Part shown: positions 1-16,129 of the stretch, piece after piece
How positions within the stretch are numbered: position 1 is the first letter of the stretch
How the letters are laid out: each line of letters begins with the position of its first letter
Origin: the human T2T-CHM13v2.0 reference genome, Homo sapiens
Assembly: GCF_009914755.1 (NCBI RefSeq)
Contig: NC_060935.1
Length of the DNA stretch: 64,000 nucleotides
Strand: one strand, 5' to 3'
Translations under genes and position numbers: made by a program
Notes under the pieces: generated by a model
Databases searched by the model: none
What the model saw: the letters and a program-made list of their open reading frames with translations, nothing else
What the model was told of the DNA's origin: nothing

Positions 1-1965
1 CTTTGAATGTATCATTTCATTCTCTCCTGGCCTATAAAGTTTCTGCTGAGAAATCTGCTGTTAGCCTGATAGGGATTCCCTTATGTGTGGCTTGACTGTT
101 TGTGGAACAGTCCCTCGCTGTTTATAGAATTCTCTCTTTGCCTCTGACTTTTGAGAGAGCGGATATTTTTGAGTTGAATCTAAGTCAGGGTATTTGAGCT
201 TACTGGATCTGGATGTCTATAGCTCTCCTAAGACTTTGGATATTTTCAGTTATAATCTCACTGGATAAATTTTATATGCCTTTTCTTGTCTCCTCTCCTT
301 CTGGAAATCCTGAAATTCAAACGTTTGTTTAATTAATGGTATCCCATATGTCAAGAAGGCTTACTTCATTCTTTTTTCTTCTCTTGACTTTTTTTGTCTG
401 TATTTCAAAAACCCTGGCTTTAAGTTTAGAAATTCTTTCTGCTGCTTGATCTAGTCTATTATTGAAGCTCTGAGTAGTATTTTCATATCATTCATTGAAT
501 TATTCAGTTCCAAGATATCTGTTTGGTCCTTTTTTGTAGTGTCTTTCTCTTTCTTGAATTTCTCATTCAGCTCATGAATTGTTTTCCTGATTTCTTTGTA
601 TTGTCTATCTATGTTTTCTTATATCTCACTGAGTTTTCTTCAAAGAATTACTTTAAATTTCCTGTCAGGTATCTCATAATTTCCTTTTCTTTGGGATCTG
701 AGCATGGAGAATTTTTGTCCTCTTTTGGAGGTGTTACGTTTCCCTGCTTTTTCATGTTTCTTTTGTCCCTATATTGATATCTGCACATCTGTTGTAACAG
801 CCACTTCTAATTTTATGAAGTATCTTTTGTGGGAAAAGACTTCCTCCTGTAGACATATTTATAGTGTCAATTGAGTAGGATGCTTTGTCTTTGGTTCTGG
901 GTAGCAGTAGTATAGTCTCTATATGATTTCTTTGACTGTAATCAACGTCAGTCGTGTCTGAGTTTCTCAGTGGCCTAGGCTGCAGTTGTTTGTGGAGGTC
1001 ATGGGGCAGTTTTACAAGGGGATATTGATAAACCCATCACTGGAAGGGGAGGGTTTACAAGCAGTGACAGTGGGGGATCCTGGGTAGGCTGTTCCTTGGG
1101 CCCCTAGGTAGAGTACACGGGCATCAGTGATGACAGCAGTTGGCCCCAAGTGAGCTGGTCTTCAGGCTCCAAACAATACTCATGGTGCTGGTGGTGGCAG
1201 CAGACCTTGGCCAGGCACAGATGGTGGATCCACTGGAGGGGAAGGGGTTGCTGTTAGTGTGCAAACCCCAGGCTGGTGGCACTCAGGTTCTAGGGAATAC
1301 TTGCTTTGCTTCTCTGTTTCCTGGGTGTAGACTCTCTGATATACTTGACCACCTGTTCTTCAGGGTGGAGAGTACTGCATGAGCTCTATTTTGGGGATGT
1401 GACTGGGAACATAGACCACTGGGTCCAGGTGATGTCACAGTGCTGCAGCCCTCTATGGATGTGGGGGGATGGGCTATTGGCCTTAGGGCAAGATGTAGTG
1501 TGGCGGTGGCTCCAACCTCAAAATAACACCATACTGCAGCGGCCTGGTTCCAAGGGGGTTTGGGGACCAATTTTTTATTTCCTCTCCGAAACAATGCAGA
1601 TGTGTGGACTCCAGGAAGCTCTTTGCACAATGCTCAGGACCTGTAAGGGCTGCAGAGCTCTTTTGTAGTCAGGATTGTGGGCCTCTGTGGTGGGAATGTA
1701 GACTTCTTGGGATTTCTTGTTTACATTTTCCTCACAACATGGAGTCCCTCCTAGCTCTGAGCTAATCCTGGCCAACTGCTTCACTTCCCTCTCCATGCTT
1801 CCACTGTGAATTTCTGTGCTTCATAGTGTCTTTGCCATTTCCTCGCTAAATTCCAGTGTTCTTCTTCAGTTGCTCTATTTGATATGTGATTATCTATTAT
1901 GTTATTTTAGTCATTTTTTTGTGGAAGAGGTGAGTTCTTGGTGCTTCTTGTCAGCCATCTTGATA
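1..1965 (-). mobile_element. Old L1 (L1M-like) 5' portion: 5'UTR, ORF1 remnant
   Basis: T-rich antisense L1 ORF1-like sequence; ends in gccatcttg (reverse complement of the L1 5' motif CAAGATGGC) near 1955-1962. Confidence 0.8.
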
Positions 1966-1999
1966 GCCAAGAGTATTGCATTTAAAAAATCAACATTAA

Positions 2000-4900
2000 A
2001 TTTTCCTTTTATATTTTTAAATTATACTTCATAATGTATATATATTTATGGAGTACAATTTGATGTTTCAATACATATATATGTTGTATAATGGTCAAAT
2101 CAAGGTGTTTAGCATATCCAACACCTCATACGTTTATTATTTTTATGGTGAGAATGTTCAAAAGCCTCTAGCTATTTTGTAATATAAAATACCTTATTGT
2201 TAACCATTGTCACCCTCCTGTGCAATGGAACACCAGAATTTATGTCTGCTATCTAATTGTAACTTTGTACCCATTGACCAAACTCTCCTTATCTTCAGTC
2301 TCTGGTAAACACTGTTTTAGTCTCTGCTTCTATAATATCAACTGCCTTTAAAAAAAAAAAAAAAAAAAGGATTTCAAAAAGAGTGAAATCAGGCAGTATT
2401 TTTCTTTCTGTGTCTGACTTATTTTACTTAACATGATGTCCTCCAGATCCATCCACATTGTCACAGAATTTCATTCTTTTTTATTGTTGAATATTATTTA
2501 ATTATGTATATATGACACATTTTTAAATTCATTCATCTGTTATTGGACGCTTGGCTTGATTCCATGTCTTGGCATTTATAAAAAGGGTGAAATAAACATG
2601 AGAGTACAAATATCTCTTCATCATATTGATTTCATTTCATTTGGATATGTACCCAGTAATGGGATTGCTGGATTATTAGGCAGTTTGATTTTTAATTTTT
2701 AAAAGAATCTCCATACTGTTTTCTATAGTGGCTATAGTAATTTACAATCCACCAACAGTGTGTTAAGTACTTCCTTTTCTAGTCACCTTTTCCAATGCTT
2801 GTTTTCATTTGACTTTTTGATAATAGGCATTCTAACTGGAGGGAGATGGTCTGTCATTGTGCTTTTAATTTGCATTTCAAATTTATGAATGGTTGGTGAT
2901 GCTAAGCATTTTTTCATGTACGTTTTGGCCATTTGAATGTCTTCCTTTGAGAAATGTCTATTAAAATATTGCTCATGTTTTAATCAAGTTATTTGTGGGG
3001 GGGGGGTTATTTTGTTTTGTTAGTTTTGTTGTTGTTGTTAACTTTCTTATATATTCTGGTTATTAACCCCTTATCAGATGTATGCATAGCTTGCAAATAT
3101 CTCTCCAATTCTGGCAATTGTCTCTTCATTCTGTAGATTGTTTCTTTTGCTATGCAAAAGCTTTTTAGTTTGATGTAATCTCATTTTTCTAATTTTCTTG
3201 AGGTCTTATTTTAAAAATGCTTCCCCAGCCCAATTCCATAAAATGTTTCCCCTATGTTTGCTTCTCGTAATTTCATTTAAGTATTTAATCCATTTTGAGT
3301 TGATTTTTGTATATGGTAAGAAGTAGAGATGTAGTCTCATTCTTCTCCATATGGGTATTTAATGTTTCCAGCACCATTTATTGAAGATACTATCATTTCC
3401 CCAATGTGTGTTCTTGGCACCTTTGTCAAAAGTCTGTTGGCTATAGGTGCAATAATTTATTTCTGGGCTCTCCATTTTGTTTCATTGATCAGTGTGTCTT
3501 TTTTTTTTTTTTTTACAAGTACCACGCTCTTTTGTTAACTGTAGCTTTGTAGTATATGTTGAAATCACATAGTGTGATTCCTTTAGCTTTGCTCATTTTG
3601 CTGTTGATTGTTTTGGCTGTTTTAGGTCTTTTGTAGTTCCATATGAATTTTAGATTTCTTTTTATTTTTGTGAACAATGTCATTGGAATTTTTGTAGGTA
3701 TTGCATTAAATCTGTAGATACCATTTGGTAATATGGCCATTTTAACAATATTAATTCTTCCAATTCATGAACACAGGATGTCTTTTTACTTATTTGTGCT
3801 TTCTTCAATTACTTTTATCAGTGTTTTATAGTTTTCCATGTGGTGTTATTTCAATTCCTTGATTTAGTTTATTCCTAGTTACCTTTAATTTTGTAGTTAC
3901 TGTAAATGAAAATTTTTTTTCAGATAGTCTGCTATTCACAAATAAAAATGCTACTGATTTTTACATGTAGATTTTGTATCCTGTAACTTCAGTAAATTCA
4001 TTTAATAGTTCTAACAGTTGTTGTTGTTGTTATTGTTTTTTCTGGTGGAGTTTTAGGGTTTTCTATATATAAGATAATGTCATCTAAAGACAGGGACAAG
4101 TTAACATCCTCCTTTTCAATTTGGATTCCCTTTATTTCTTTTTCTTCCCTCATTGCTCTGGTTAGGACTTCCAGTACTATATTGAACAGAGTGGTGAAAG
4201 TGGGCACCCTGTCTTGCTCCTGATCTTAGAGGTAAACTTTTAGCTTTTCCCTGTTTAATGTGTTAGCTGTGAGTTTATCACATATGGCCTTTATTCTATC
4301 GAGGCACATACTTTCTATATCTAATTTGTTGAGCATCCTTGTCATGAAGGAATGTTGAATTTTGTCAAATGCTTTTTCTGCATCTATTGAAATGATCATG
4401 TGAGTTTTTTTCCTCTCTTTTTGTTAATGTAGTGTATCACGTTTATTGATTTGCTTATGTGGGATCATTCTTGTATACTTGGGATAGATTCCACTGGCAA
4501 GCATCTTGTTAAGAATGTTTGCATCTATGTTCATCAGGGATATTGGTTTGTACTTTGTTGTTGTTGTTGTGTTATGGTTTGGCTTTGGAATCAGGGTAAT
4601 GCTGGTGGGATTACAGGCATGAGCCATTGTGCCTGGCCAGAAGACTGATGTTTATTTGTTGATTTTTTGTCTAAATGATCTATCTACTGTTGAAAGTGGG
4701 GTGTTGTAGTTTCCTACTATTATTATATTACAACCTGTCTCTCACCTTAGATCTAATAATATTTGCCTTATATATTTGGATACTCTAGTGTTGAGTGCAT
4801 AAATATTTAAAACTATTATATCTTCTTGTTGTATTGATCTCTTTGTCATTGTATAATGACCTTCTTGACCTCTTTTTGCCATTTTTGATATAAAGTCTAA

Positions 4901-7480
4901 TTTATATGTAAGTATGGCTGTCCTGGTTGCTTTTGGTTTCTGCTTGCATGGATTTTTTTTTAATATTCCTTTACTTTCAGTGTGTATTTGTGTTTAACAA
5001 TGAAATGAGTCTCCTGTATACGACATATCATCAGGTCTTGTTTTTCTGTTTTCCTGATTTTTCAAAAATCCATTCAGTGACTCTGTCTTTTAATTGGAGA
5101 ATTCAATCCATTACATTCCAGATAATTATTGATAGGTAAGGACTTACTACTGCTATTTTGTTACTCACATTCTAGTCATTTTGTTACTCACATTCTAGTC
5201 ATTTTGTAGATTATTTCTTCTTTTTTTCCTCTCTTGCTGTTTTCTTTTGTGGTTAGGTGATTTTCTTCAGCAATGTGTTTTGATTCCTTGCTTTTTATTT
5301 TTAGTGTATCCATTATAGGTTTGTGCTTTGTGGTTACCAAGAGGCTTACAAAAGACATCTTATAGTTATAACCAGTTATTTTTAACCTGATAGCAACTTA
5401 ACTTTAGTCCTGTCAAAAAAGAAATAATCAAAATAAAACTCAACGCTTTAAATTTATTTCTGCCCCTCCAAAATTTTGAATTTTTGATGTCACAATTTGC
5501 ATATTTTTATATTGCCTATCACTTAACAAACATTTGTAGTTACAATTATTTTTAAATATTTTGTCTTTTATTCTTCATATTAAGGATATAAGTGGTTTAT
5601 ATACCACAATTACCATATTATTGTATTCTGAATTTGTCTGTATGCTTAATTTTACCAGTGAGTTTTAAACTTTCAGATGTTTTCTTGTTACACCTCTTCT
5701 TTCAGTTTGAATAACTCCCTTTAGCATTTCTTGCAAGACAGGTCTGGCAGTGATGAATTCCCTATGCTTTTGTTTGTCTGAGAAAGTCTTTATCTATCCT
5801 TCATTTCTGAAGGATAATTTTGCCAGGTATAGTATTCATGGGTGGCAATTTTTTTTTTTCCTTCCGCACTCAGAATATATCATCCTACCCTCTCTTGGCT
5901 TGTAAGGTTTCTACTCAGAAGTTTACTGCCAGAGTGAACTTTGGGTGACATTTATAAGTCATTTGCTTCTTTTCTCATGCTGCTTTCGGAATCCTGTCTT
6001 TGTCACTGACCTTTGAGAGTTTAGTTACAATATGTCTTGGGATAGTCATATTTATATTGTATCTATTTGGTGATATTGAACCTTCCTATACTTGGATATT
6101 TATATCTTTCTCCGTGTTTGGAACATTTTCTGTTAGTATTTACTTGAATAAGTTTCTACCTCTTTGTCATTTTCAAGTCTCTCTTGAACTTCAGTGACCC
6201 TTATATTTGCTCTTTTGATGTTGTCCCTTAGGACCTGTAAGCTTTGTTTCTTTTCATTCTTTTTAATTTTTTCTCCTCTATTTTCAATTAGTTTATCTTT
6301 GAGCTTGCTGATTCTTCCTTCTGCTTGATCAATTGTGTTGTTGAGACCTTCTATTGTATTTTTGAGTTCATTAATCACATTTTTCAGCTTTAGGCTTTCT
6401 GTTTGATTTTTAAGTTTTTTTTTCAATATCTTTGTTAAAGTTATCTGATAAATATCTGAATTGCTTTTCTGTGTTATTCTGAAATTCACTGGGTTTCCCC
6501 AAAACTACTATTTTAAATTCTTGATCTGAGAGGTTACACATTGCCATCCTATTAGGGTCAGTCATTGGTTTCTTATTTTGTTAATTTTTGAGGCCACAGT
6601 TTCCTGTTTGCTCTTGCTTATTTTGGATGTATTTTTATGTCTTTGCACTGAAGTATTAGGTATTTATTCCAGGCTTCTCTGTCTGTCTTGCTTTGTGTTG
6701 ATCTTTCTAGAGTATATATGTCTAAAGGTCCTAGGCAGACTGTTAAGGTGCCTTATCTCAAGATTGCTGACTCCTTCTCAGCACTAGATGGTGCCCTAAG
6801 CTAATCTTTGCTCTAGCTCTTTCACAGGTTCTGAGTTTTGCATAGTGCCTATTTTTGGATGGGCCTGGGGGTGGGATCCAAAGTGGATACATGGCTGTCT
6901 GGGAAGGCTGGCGAAGGTTTGTGCCCAAAGCAGTCATGGATAATGCCTCCTATAGCATGATCCTGCTGAAGAGCCTTTCTGATTTATGCCTCCCTAGGTA
7001 GAAATGAAGAGCAGCCACCAGATTTTGCATGCTGACTGCTGCTAGCCTCACCTCCACTTTTTGTCTCTGGCTGACCTAAGGAGTTTTTACCCTACAGGCA
7101 CTTGCAATGATTCCCTTGGGTTAAGGCAGGAATGTTTTTCCTTCTAAGGAACCCAGGATGGTGGAGAAGCCAGCTGTCTGCCTTGATCTCAGTTTTTCCA
7201 TTGTAGAGGCTACACTTTTTCAGTGTAGAAAGAAGTCTAGGGGCAGTTTTCCATGTGGTGCCTGGCAGCTTGCTGGAGGGGCATCAAGGTTAAAGAAATT
7301 CATTTCCCCTACCTTCTGCTCCTGGTTTTTCACTTCTCTGAGGCTCTAGGGATTGTCGCAGCCTCAGTTTTAAGTTTTGGAATATTCCGGGTGATAATCT
7401 TGGCACTAGATAGTTGTTTTTGCTTTTCTATGAGGGAGAGTGAAGCCAGATTGCTCCTACTCTGCCATTTTGATGCCATC
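2000..7480 (-). mobile_element. Near full-length decayed L1 (L1MA-type) with internal deletion
   Basis: L1MA-like 3' end at ~2010-2700; ORF2 remnants ([40 protein letters not shown]); ORF1 remnant 6133-6489 (DQAEGRISKL); 5' motif gccattttg near 7463. Confidence 0.9.
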
Positions 7481-8129
7481 AGTGAATCCATTTTAAATTT
7501 TCACTGAATCATCTGCTGGTGGTGATTAAAGAAGAAACTTCAGTGTTTGACATGTTAACAAAAGGCAGCTAAGTGGTTGCAAAGGTCACATGGCAGAGTC
7601 AACAAATCAGCAGCTATTGCTAGGGAAGAATGAGGGCAAGAGCAGTCTCAGGGTTTCTTTTTCTCTTTGAGCTCAGCACACAGTCTTGCAGAGAAGCAAC
7701 CTTTCTTCCCCTCATATTTCTTGAATTGTGTAGTGGTTGTTATTCTTTTTCATCTTCTGGCTGCTACTTCATTTTTGAGTTTTATTTTGACATAAAAGAG
7801 GCACTGCTCCACGCTTCAGTTTTTGTTTTCTTCTTTTTTCTCCACTTTAATCTACATTCTCCTTCTGCCTCTTGGCTCTCACCCATCTTTCATTTGGAGA
7901 GTATCAGCAGGAATCAGCCAGAGGGATAGTTTGCTGTATATAGAATTGGCCTCTTCAAGCTGTAGACAGACTTTCCCAGAATGTCATTTCAATGTCAGAC
8001 AGGTCTTCAGGGCAGCAACACAGTACCTGGAAGGATGGGATGGCCATAAAAATGTGCCAATCAGATCTCTTGCTTCGGGGAGCATAACTGATTGGTAGCC
8101 TCAGCTGCTCTTCTTCTAGCTCTTCCCTG

Positions 8130-9531
<1,402 letters not shown>

Positions 9532-12166
9532 ATAGGGGAACATTCTGGTATTAGTCTATGAGGGGAAAAGCCAGAAAGAGGTAGAAACTCCATAAAAACT
9601 TGTTTTTCTTGAGAAATTATTTTCCCTGGATTTTTCCCCCAAAATCTCCAGTAAACAAGCAATGAGTTGTTTGTCCCCAAGCTATCCTTACACCCTCAGA
9701 CTTAGAATTCTATTTCCCAAGGCTACTCCCCTTCACAGGAGAATATAAATTACAACACTCATACAGCAGAGATTGAAGAGCATGAGCTCCAATTTAGACT
9801 TCTGAGGCCAGAGGGCTCTGATTCTATCCTCAGAGTTCTCATTCCAAGTCAGTTTTAAGCTGATAATTATGGAAACAAAAGGAAGCTTGCTGATCACAGT
9901 CCTGTGTGGTCTGTCTGTGCGCAATGTGTCTCAATCCCTCCCTTTACTTTCATACTTAATAATGTTATCTGTTACCCATTAGGGAGCCATAAGATCTATT
10001 CCCACATAGGACCCATCCCAGATGAATCCTTGTGTGGTTCTGATTAGGTTTCAGGCTCCACCCAGCCCAGAGATTTTGTAATTTGACAGGAAGAGCTGCC
10101 TTGGGGTTTGATAGAAATACCTGGAAGTGAGAGCCCACCTTGTGCCAATTTCCTTCCATTTGAGTGAAATTACTTTTACTTCGCCACTTTCACTTTCACC
10201 TTCACCAAACACACCCTCACTTTTGAACAAGACTCACCTGGTTGATATTGGCTGCCTTCCCTGAGGCTCCTATATTGTGAATTTTTACAAATATTCTTCT
10301 GCATCCCTCCTCACCTGTGAGTAGTTTGTGCACCTACTTGCAAACGTTCATTTGCTGTGTGAAGTGCGCGTTACTTTGATATGTCTTTCCCAAAACGTGT
10401 GTCATAGAACATCGATTCCTTGAGATGTTAATAATTGTCCTGCAAAAATGGCTTCAGTCAAATAAATTTAGAGAAGTCTGTGTTTAAAAATACATATGTA
10501 TAGGAACACATAAAACATTTTGACTTTAAGACTTCTCAGGGTCTTTAAGGTGATCAAGAGTGTGGTGAATCTTCAAGAGGGAGATAAAGTATGTAATAAC
10601 TTCCAAAATTATTTACCACAAAATTCATAGAGTCCATTCTTATTTTTGCAGTAACTTCACAGCTGATGCCTCAGGGACTGGCATGCACAAAATTCAGGGC
10701 TGCATGTGAGAAGGGTGTGGGGTGCCTTCCCCTGATAAGGAGTCTCTGCTGAAATAAGACTGATCCCTGTTGCCCCTCCAAGGAGCTTCCTGCAGCAAGA
10801 GCCATTGAGACTGCAAATGATTTGATTTTAACGTCCTGGATGCTTCTATGGCAACATAAAGGTGTTTAATGCTAGTCCCTGCCTTCAACTTTAAACACTG
10901 CCAGACCCAGACTCTGAGATGTGCAGTTAATTATTTTAGTTCCTTTTCTTCCCGGATTCAATTGGGTTCCATCAAAAACACAAAGCTCATCATGGCTGAG
11001 AAAAACAGGTCACAGTTGGAATTCATTTGGCAATAGAGGATATTGGATTATGTCCCTGAATATCTGTTTTGAAAACACTAAAACTTCCAAGCTTTTGCTA
11101 AACAAACTGTTCCTGTTTATGTGACACACCATAAGCCATGGGTCCTGACTGTACTTCTGTTCGAAGGCCTCCAAAATTGTAGTTTATATTCAAATCTATC
11201 GCACATCAAAATCCAAATTTGAGAAGACTCCAGGATACATATACATTCGGTGCTATGGTCTAAACATAACCTGAATTGCTTTAGAATGAACATTTTTGTC
11301 AATTACTCTCTGGAGTTAGGGACTCCTTTCCATGTAGATCACCTGACAAACCCAAGCAGGAAATACAGCCTAAGTCAAATTGAAAAGATTTAAGTGCTTG
11401 GCTAATACAGCAAATCCTAGGGATCTAGGATTCAGGGGACATTCCCTTATTGGTGGTTTTCTTACAATCTTGAGGCTCAGTCTGATGGTTGGACATAATT
11501 GAATGTTTAAATACTCCAGGGCTAACTCAATGAGCCTGGGAATATAAAGAGAACTGCTGTTGCACTGTGGAATATTCAGTTATTACATGCAATTTCTTTA
11601 AAAGTTCCCATGCATTTTCTTTACCACTGAGGATTTACTTCAATATTTATTTTTATTTATATATTTATTACTCCCTTCCACTGAAGATCTGAGGGCATAG
11701 ATTTATTCCAAGAATATGAGCTCTTTCCAAATATACAAGACTAGTTTTCTATTCATTTGTTGTTCATTCTGCATTGGTTCCCCAAAAGTGAACCACATTG
11801 CTATTCCTATAGGGATAGGACATTGCAACTCCCTCTTTCCACTTAGTAATTTTTTTCCTGGAGAAGGATGACAGTGTCTACGAGGGAGGCCTGTTTGTTG
11901 TGGCATGTGGCATAACAGGGAGAAGGTCCATAAAGGGAGGAGTGATGGAAGGTGTGGTTAAGAAGGGATAAGGGGAAATGAGGACAGAATTAATGAGCAT
12001 GTTAGGAACAAGAAGATGTCGGGAAACTCTGTGTATTTGACTTTCTGAAGTTCACAGTTTCAACACATGCGTTTGGCTTGGTTTAACTACATGGAGCTTT
12101 GATAATGCTCTTTTCCTAAGGGAAACACTGACACTTCAGGCTTGCAGAGACAAGCACAGTCTAGCT

Positions 12167-12378
12167 CAAGCTTGTCCAACCCACAGCCCACTGGCCACAT
12201 GTGGCCCAGGATGCCTTTGCAGCCCAATGCAAATTTGTAAACTTTCTTAAAACATGAGATTTTTTTTTGCAATTTTTTTAGCTCATCAGCTACTGTTAGT
12301 GTTAGTGTATTCTGTGTGGAGCCCAAGACATTTCTTCTTCCAATGTGGCCCAGGGAAGCCAGAAGTTGGACACTCCTG
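12167..12378. mobile_element. MER30 hAT-Charlie MITE
   Basis: Terminal inverted ends caagcttgtccaa...ttggacactcctg; recognisable internal sequence; degenerate 8-bp flanks gtctagct/ctccagct. Confidence 0.85.
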
Positions 12379-15300
12379 CTCCAGCTGAATGCTTTTTGCA
12401 GGATCTTTTTTTTTTAAATGTCCAAAGGAAATAAAATAAAAAGCCCAGAATATTTTGTAAGACAAAAAATATATTACTGTAGTTGGAAGCCATGACCTAG
12501 GAAGGGGTGGGGGTCATGAGCAGGGCACCGGCTAGGGATCTGGTCACAGTAGCAAAGGTCTATCACTTGGCATGGGAGGTTTGGATAGGCAGAGAAGAAA
12601 GTCTCTCTATAAGGATGAGGTAGTCTTTTTACCCTTCAACACTTTTTAAATCACCTTACAGGAGGGAAGAATTTGAATTATGCATTGGAAAGTTGCATTC
12701 TTTAATATGGTCTCCTCATTTCTATGAATTGAGATGTTTTCTATGATTCTCCTTATTCTGTAGCAATAGAGGAAATCACTCCCTTATCTGTACTGCATCT
12801 TTGTAGCATTTGTGCATAGATCTGTTATCACAATTACCACCCTATTTGATTACTTATCTATCTTCTGTATTAAATGATTCTTGGAAGGACAGGGAGCATG
12901 CCACATTCTTCTCACTTGCTCGGTGCCCAGCATGGTGCCAAGTATTTAACAAGAACTAAAATAATGTTTTTGGACTTAATTGAAGGTGGCCACAGTGGGA
13001 GTGGGGAGAGATATGAAAGGTATAAAATCTACCTTGTTTTCAGAATCAGAAGGAAATTAAGGACGAGTTATTGGAATCATTAAGCTTCATTTTCCACCTG
13101 CAGCCACAAATCTGTTAACTACAGTTAAATTTGCACAGACATGCAAACATTAACCACATACCCTTCCTCCATTATAGCTCAGGCTGAAAACCAAGGCTCT
13201 ATCATAGTTCACAGCCTGACCAAGCCAATCTGAGTTTGTACCAGCCACCAGCTGCTCCTCGTCCTTGTCAGACAGAAAAATAGATACATGACCTATAGCT
13301 GTCACAAATTACAGTGCTCATGCTACCCAGAATAGTACAAGCTGTTCTTTCTTTTCTCAACAGTCAATCAACCTAGATGTAGAAAACCCATTAGGGCATC
13401 TTTGCTGTGCTTTCCCCTGCCTCCTTCATCCTCTCATTGCATCCCCGCATGAAGAGCTCTAGGCTGAACTATTTCTTTTGCTAAGTTAATTAAGGCAGGG
13501 GACAGCCACTGCTGCTGGTGGGAGGCAGTTACACACATGAGCAGACTTTATCATTAATGTCTTCCCCTTAAACTGTTTCATACTCAATTTTCCTGGCTCA
13601 GTTTCATTTATTACTCATAATTAGAGCCAGCTCCTACTTACTCAATTCAGCAGGTACTTTTGAAGCGTTTATGGTGAGAGTAAGGCTGTGTCTGTAACCA
13701 CTGGCAAGCAAAAGACACATGTAAACATCTTCTTTGCTTGATTTTCAGCATGCTCACTCCTGACACATACAAGCAGGGCAGCTCAAAACCGTGGCAGGAT
13801 GGGTAGCTGGGGAATGTGCACATCACTTTGTTGCTGTTGGGGGTATTTAAGCAGGGGCTGCACTCGCACATTCAACCACTGTTTATTAAGTGCTTCCTGT
13901 GGACAGAAGTCCTTGTGTTGTCCACTGTTTAATAGGTCCAGCAAGGTGGCTGGATGAGAATTTAGGATGATGGTGGTGGTGGTGGTGGTTTGGGGACGGG
14001 GTTAGAAATCACTCTATGGCAGTTTAAACTCTGATTCTTCTGGTAGGGCTGGGCAAAGCTGCTTCTTCACAGACTAATCCTCTCTTCCTAAAAAAGAAAA
14101 TTAAAGTTATTCAAAGCCAGACAGCAGGGACTATTGTGTGTCCTCCCAGGTCTCATTTAGTCATTGAAAAAACATTTTCTAGTGAGTTCAAAAAAATTAC
14201 TTAAAGCCGGTTTCAAAGATACTAAGTTACCTGTATCCATAAAGCTCAGCTCCCTGTTTGCTTATAGGAAAATTTTTTTACTGATCTAAATTTTGTGGAA
14301 AGAAGATGCAGGAGCATTATGACCTGAGAAGTTTGGGACCTCTCGCCTGGACCTTTTCCTTTAGGCAAGAAAGGTGAGCCCCTTGGGCTTGCATGATTAC
14401 ATCTACAGGAAGGGACAATGGCACCCTCTGCTGGCTTACCTAGGTCAAGATGCTTTTTGCTTCTATCCTTCATTGGCAAATTGAAAGACAAATTGTTCTT
14501 TACCTACCTTCACTGCTGATAGACAGGAGCAACTTGACCTGACTTTGAAAATTACTTCAACACTCTTCCTCTTGAGAGAGCCTCTTCTTTTGCAATTACT
14601 CTACATGCTTGCATACATAAAGTACTGGCCTTGGTCTTAAAAGCGCTGGGTTTAGAATCCTGGTCTTCAGCAAGAACAATGATTGCTACTTCTCTTCTCT
14701 AAGATGCAAGATGGGGACTACTGTGAAAATTAAATTAGCAAATGTGTTAAGATAGAACATGACGTGCACCCAGAGAAAAATAAGATATATTAAAGAAGCA
14801 TTGTTTAAGCATTCATCTACTTTTTTTTCACTATGAAGTACAATTTTAATAGTCAGATGGGATCCATATATATGAAAAAAGGGGTACAGTGATTATTATC
14901 AAATCTTTTTGTCTTCTCCACAAGGTACTGAGTCAAATGCTCTGCAAGGAAAAATAAAGAAATGCTATACATTTATCAGAACCTTCTGTATCCATCTTTG
15001 ATCAGTTGCAGTGCTTATGCTCCAAGGTTTTCTTGCTAAAGAGCTAGTGTTTGTTTTAACCTATGTGATGAGGAAATATAAGAGAATTCAGAATAAACCA
15101 GCAACAAAACCGAGAGTCTCACCAGAACAGACCACTCTTTGTATGCTAGCTTTATGTTTTTGTGTCTTTGTAACCAAAAAAAAAAAAAAAAAATCAGTCT
15201 TTTTGTGTGTGTGAACTCTGGACATGGCAGTGCAAAATGGGCTCTCTCTCCATGACCTGAGCTTCTGTAGCCCTCTGCCCGTCGCAGCTCCTCTGAGTGA

Positions 15301-16129
15301 CTGGCTTTCCTAGTGAGCTGTGATAGTGTGTGGAGTGAGTTGTTTTTCTTCTCAGAGTGGGAAATAAGTCCTTCCATTTTTGCAATGCTATAACATACGG
15401 ATGCAACACCATTAAATGTGTGTAAATCATCCTCCATCCACAAACGTCAAACACAGTCAGGCGAATTAAGGCATTTTAACTCCAATACCTACTTCTTGCA
15501 CTTTACTGTTATTTCCAAAAAGTTCTTACTTAAATCTTGATTCTACCACATATTAGCTATCTAACTTTGAGCCAGTTATTTGATCTGACTGAACTTGAAT
15601 GTTGTCATCTCTGATAGAACAATATCTACACATAGGGTTGTCATATTCAATGAGATGAAGTAGATTGAAGACCTAGCACAGAATCTGCCATTTATGTCTG
15701 TTTAATAGATGACAGTTGTCATTGATTAATATTACTAAATCTTCTACAAGAATTAGGACTTTTACATAGTAAAAATTAAAAATAATGTTATTTATTAAAA
15801 ATCTATTTTTAGATATATTTATGTTATATTTGAATATATTTATTTGCAAAACTCAAATATTGCAGCATCTCACTCACTGCTGGGGGAGATGACATGAAGG
15901 AATGACTTGTGTATGGCCCATGTGCAAGTCAAGGCCATAATTGCATTGGCTCTATGAATGGTCTTCAGGGCCCCATCTCCAATGCCATAGTTATGAGCAG
16001 GGTTATTAGAGGCTACCAGTTACTCATAAAACCAGTCTGTGTCACAGTGCTCCAGGCCTCCTGGCAGGCTGCTCCAGAGCTGGAGCACAAGCTGCTCCCT
16101 GCTGGCTGCTCCTTGCCTTGGAGACGGCC

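Noticed and set aside
9600-16100. Relatively repeat-poor downstream region as a hidden gene or ncRNA
   Set aside because: No coherent exon chain, CpG island, recognisable protein or RNA gene; isolated AP-1 heptamers are expected by chance. An enhancer or lncRNA cannot be excluded from sequence alone.
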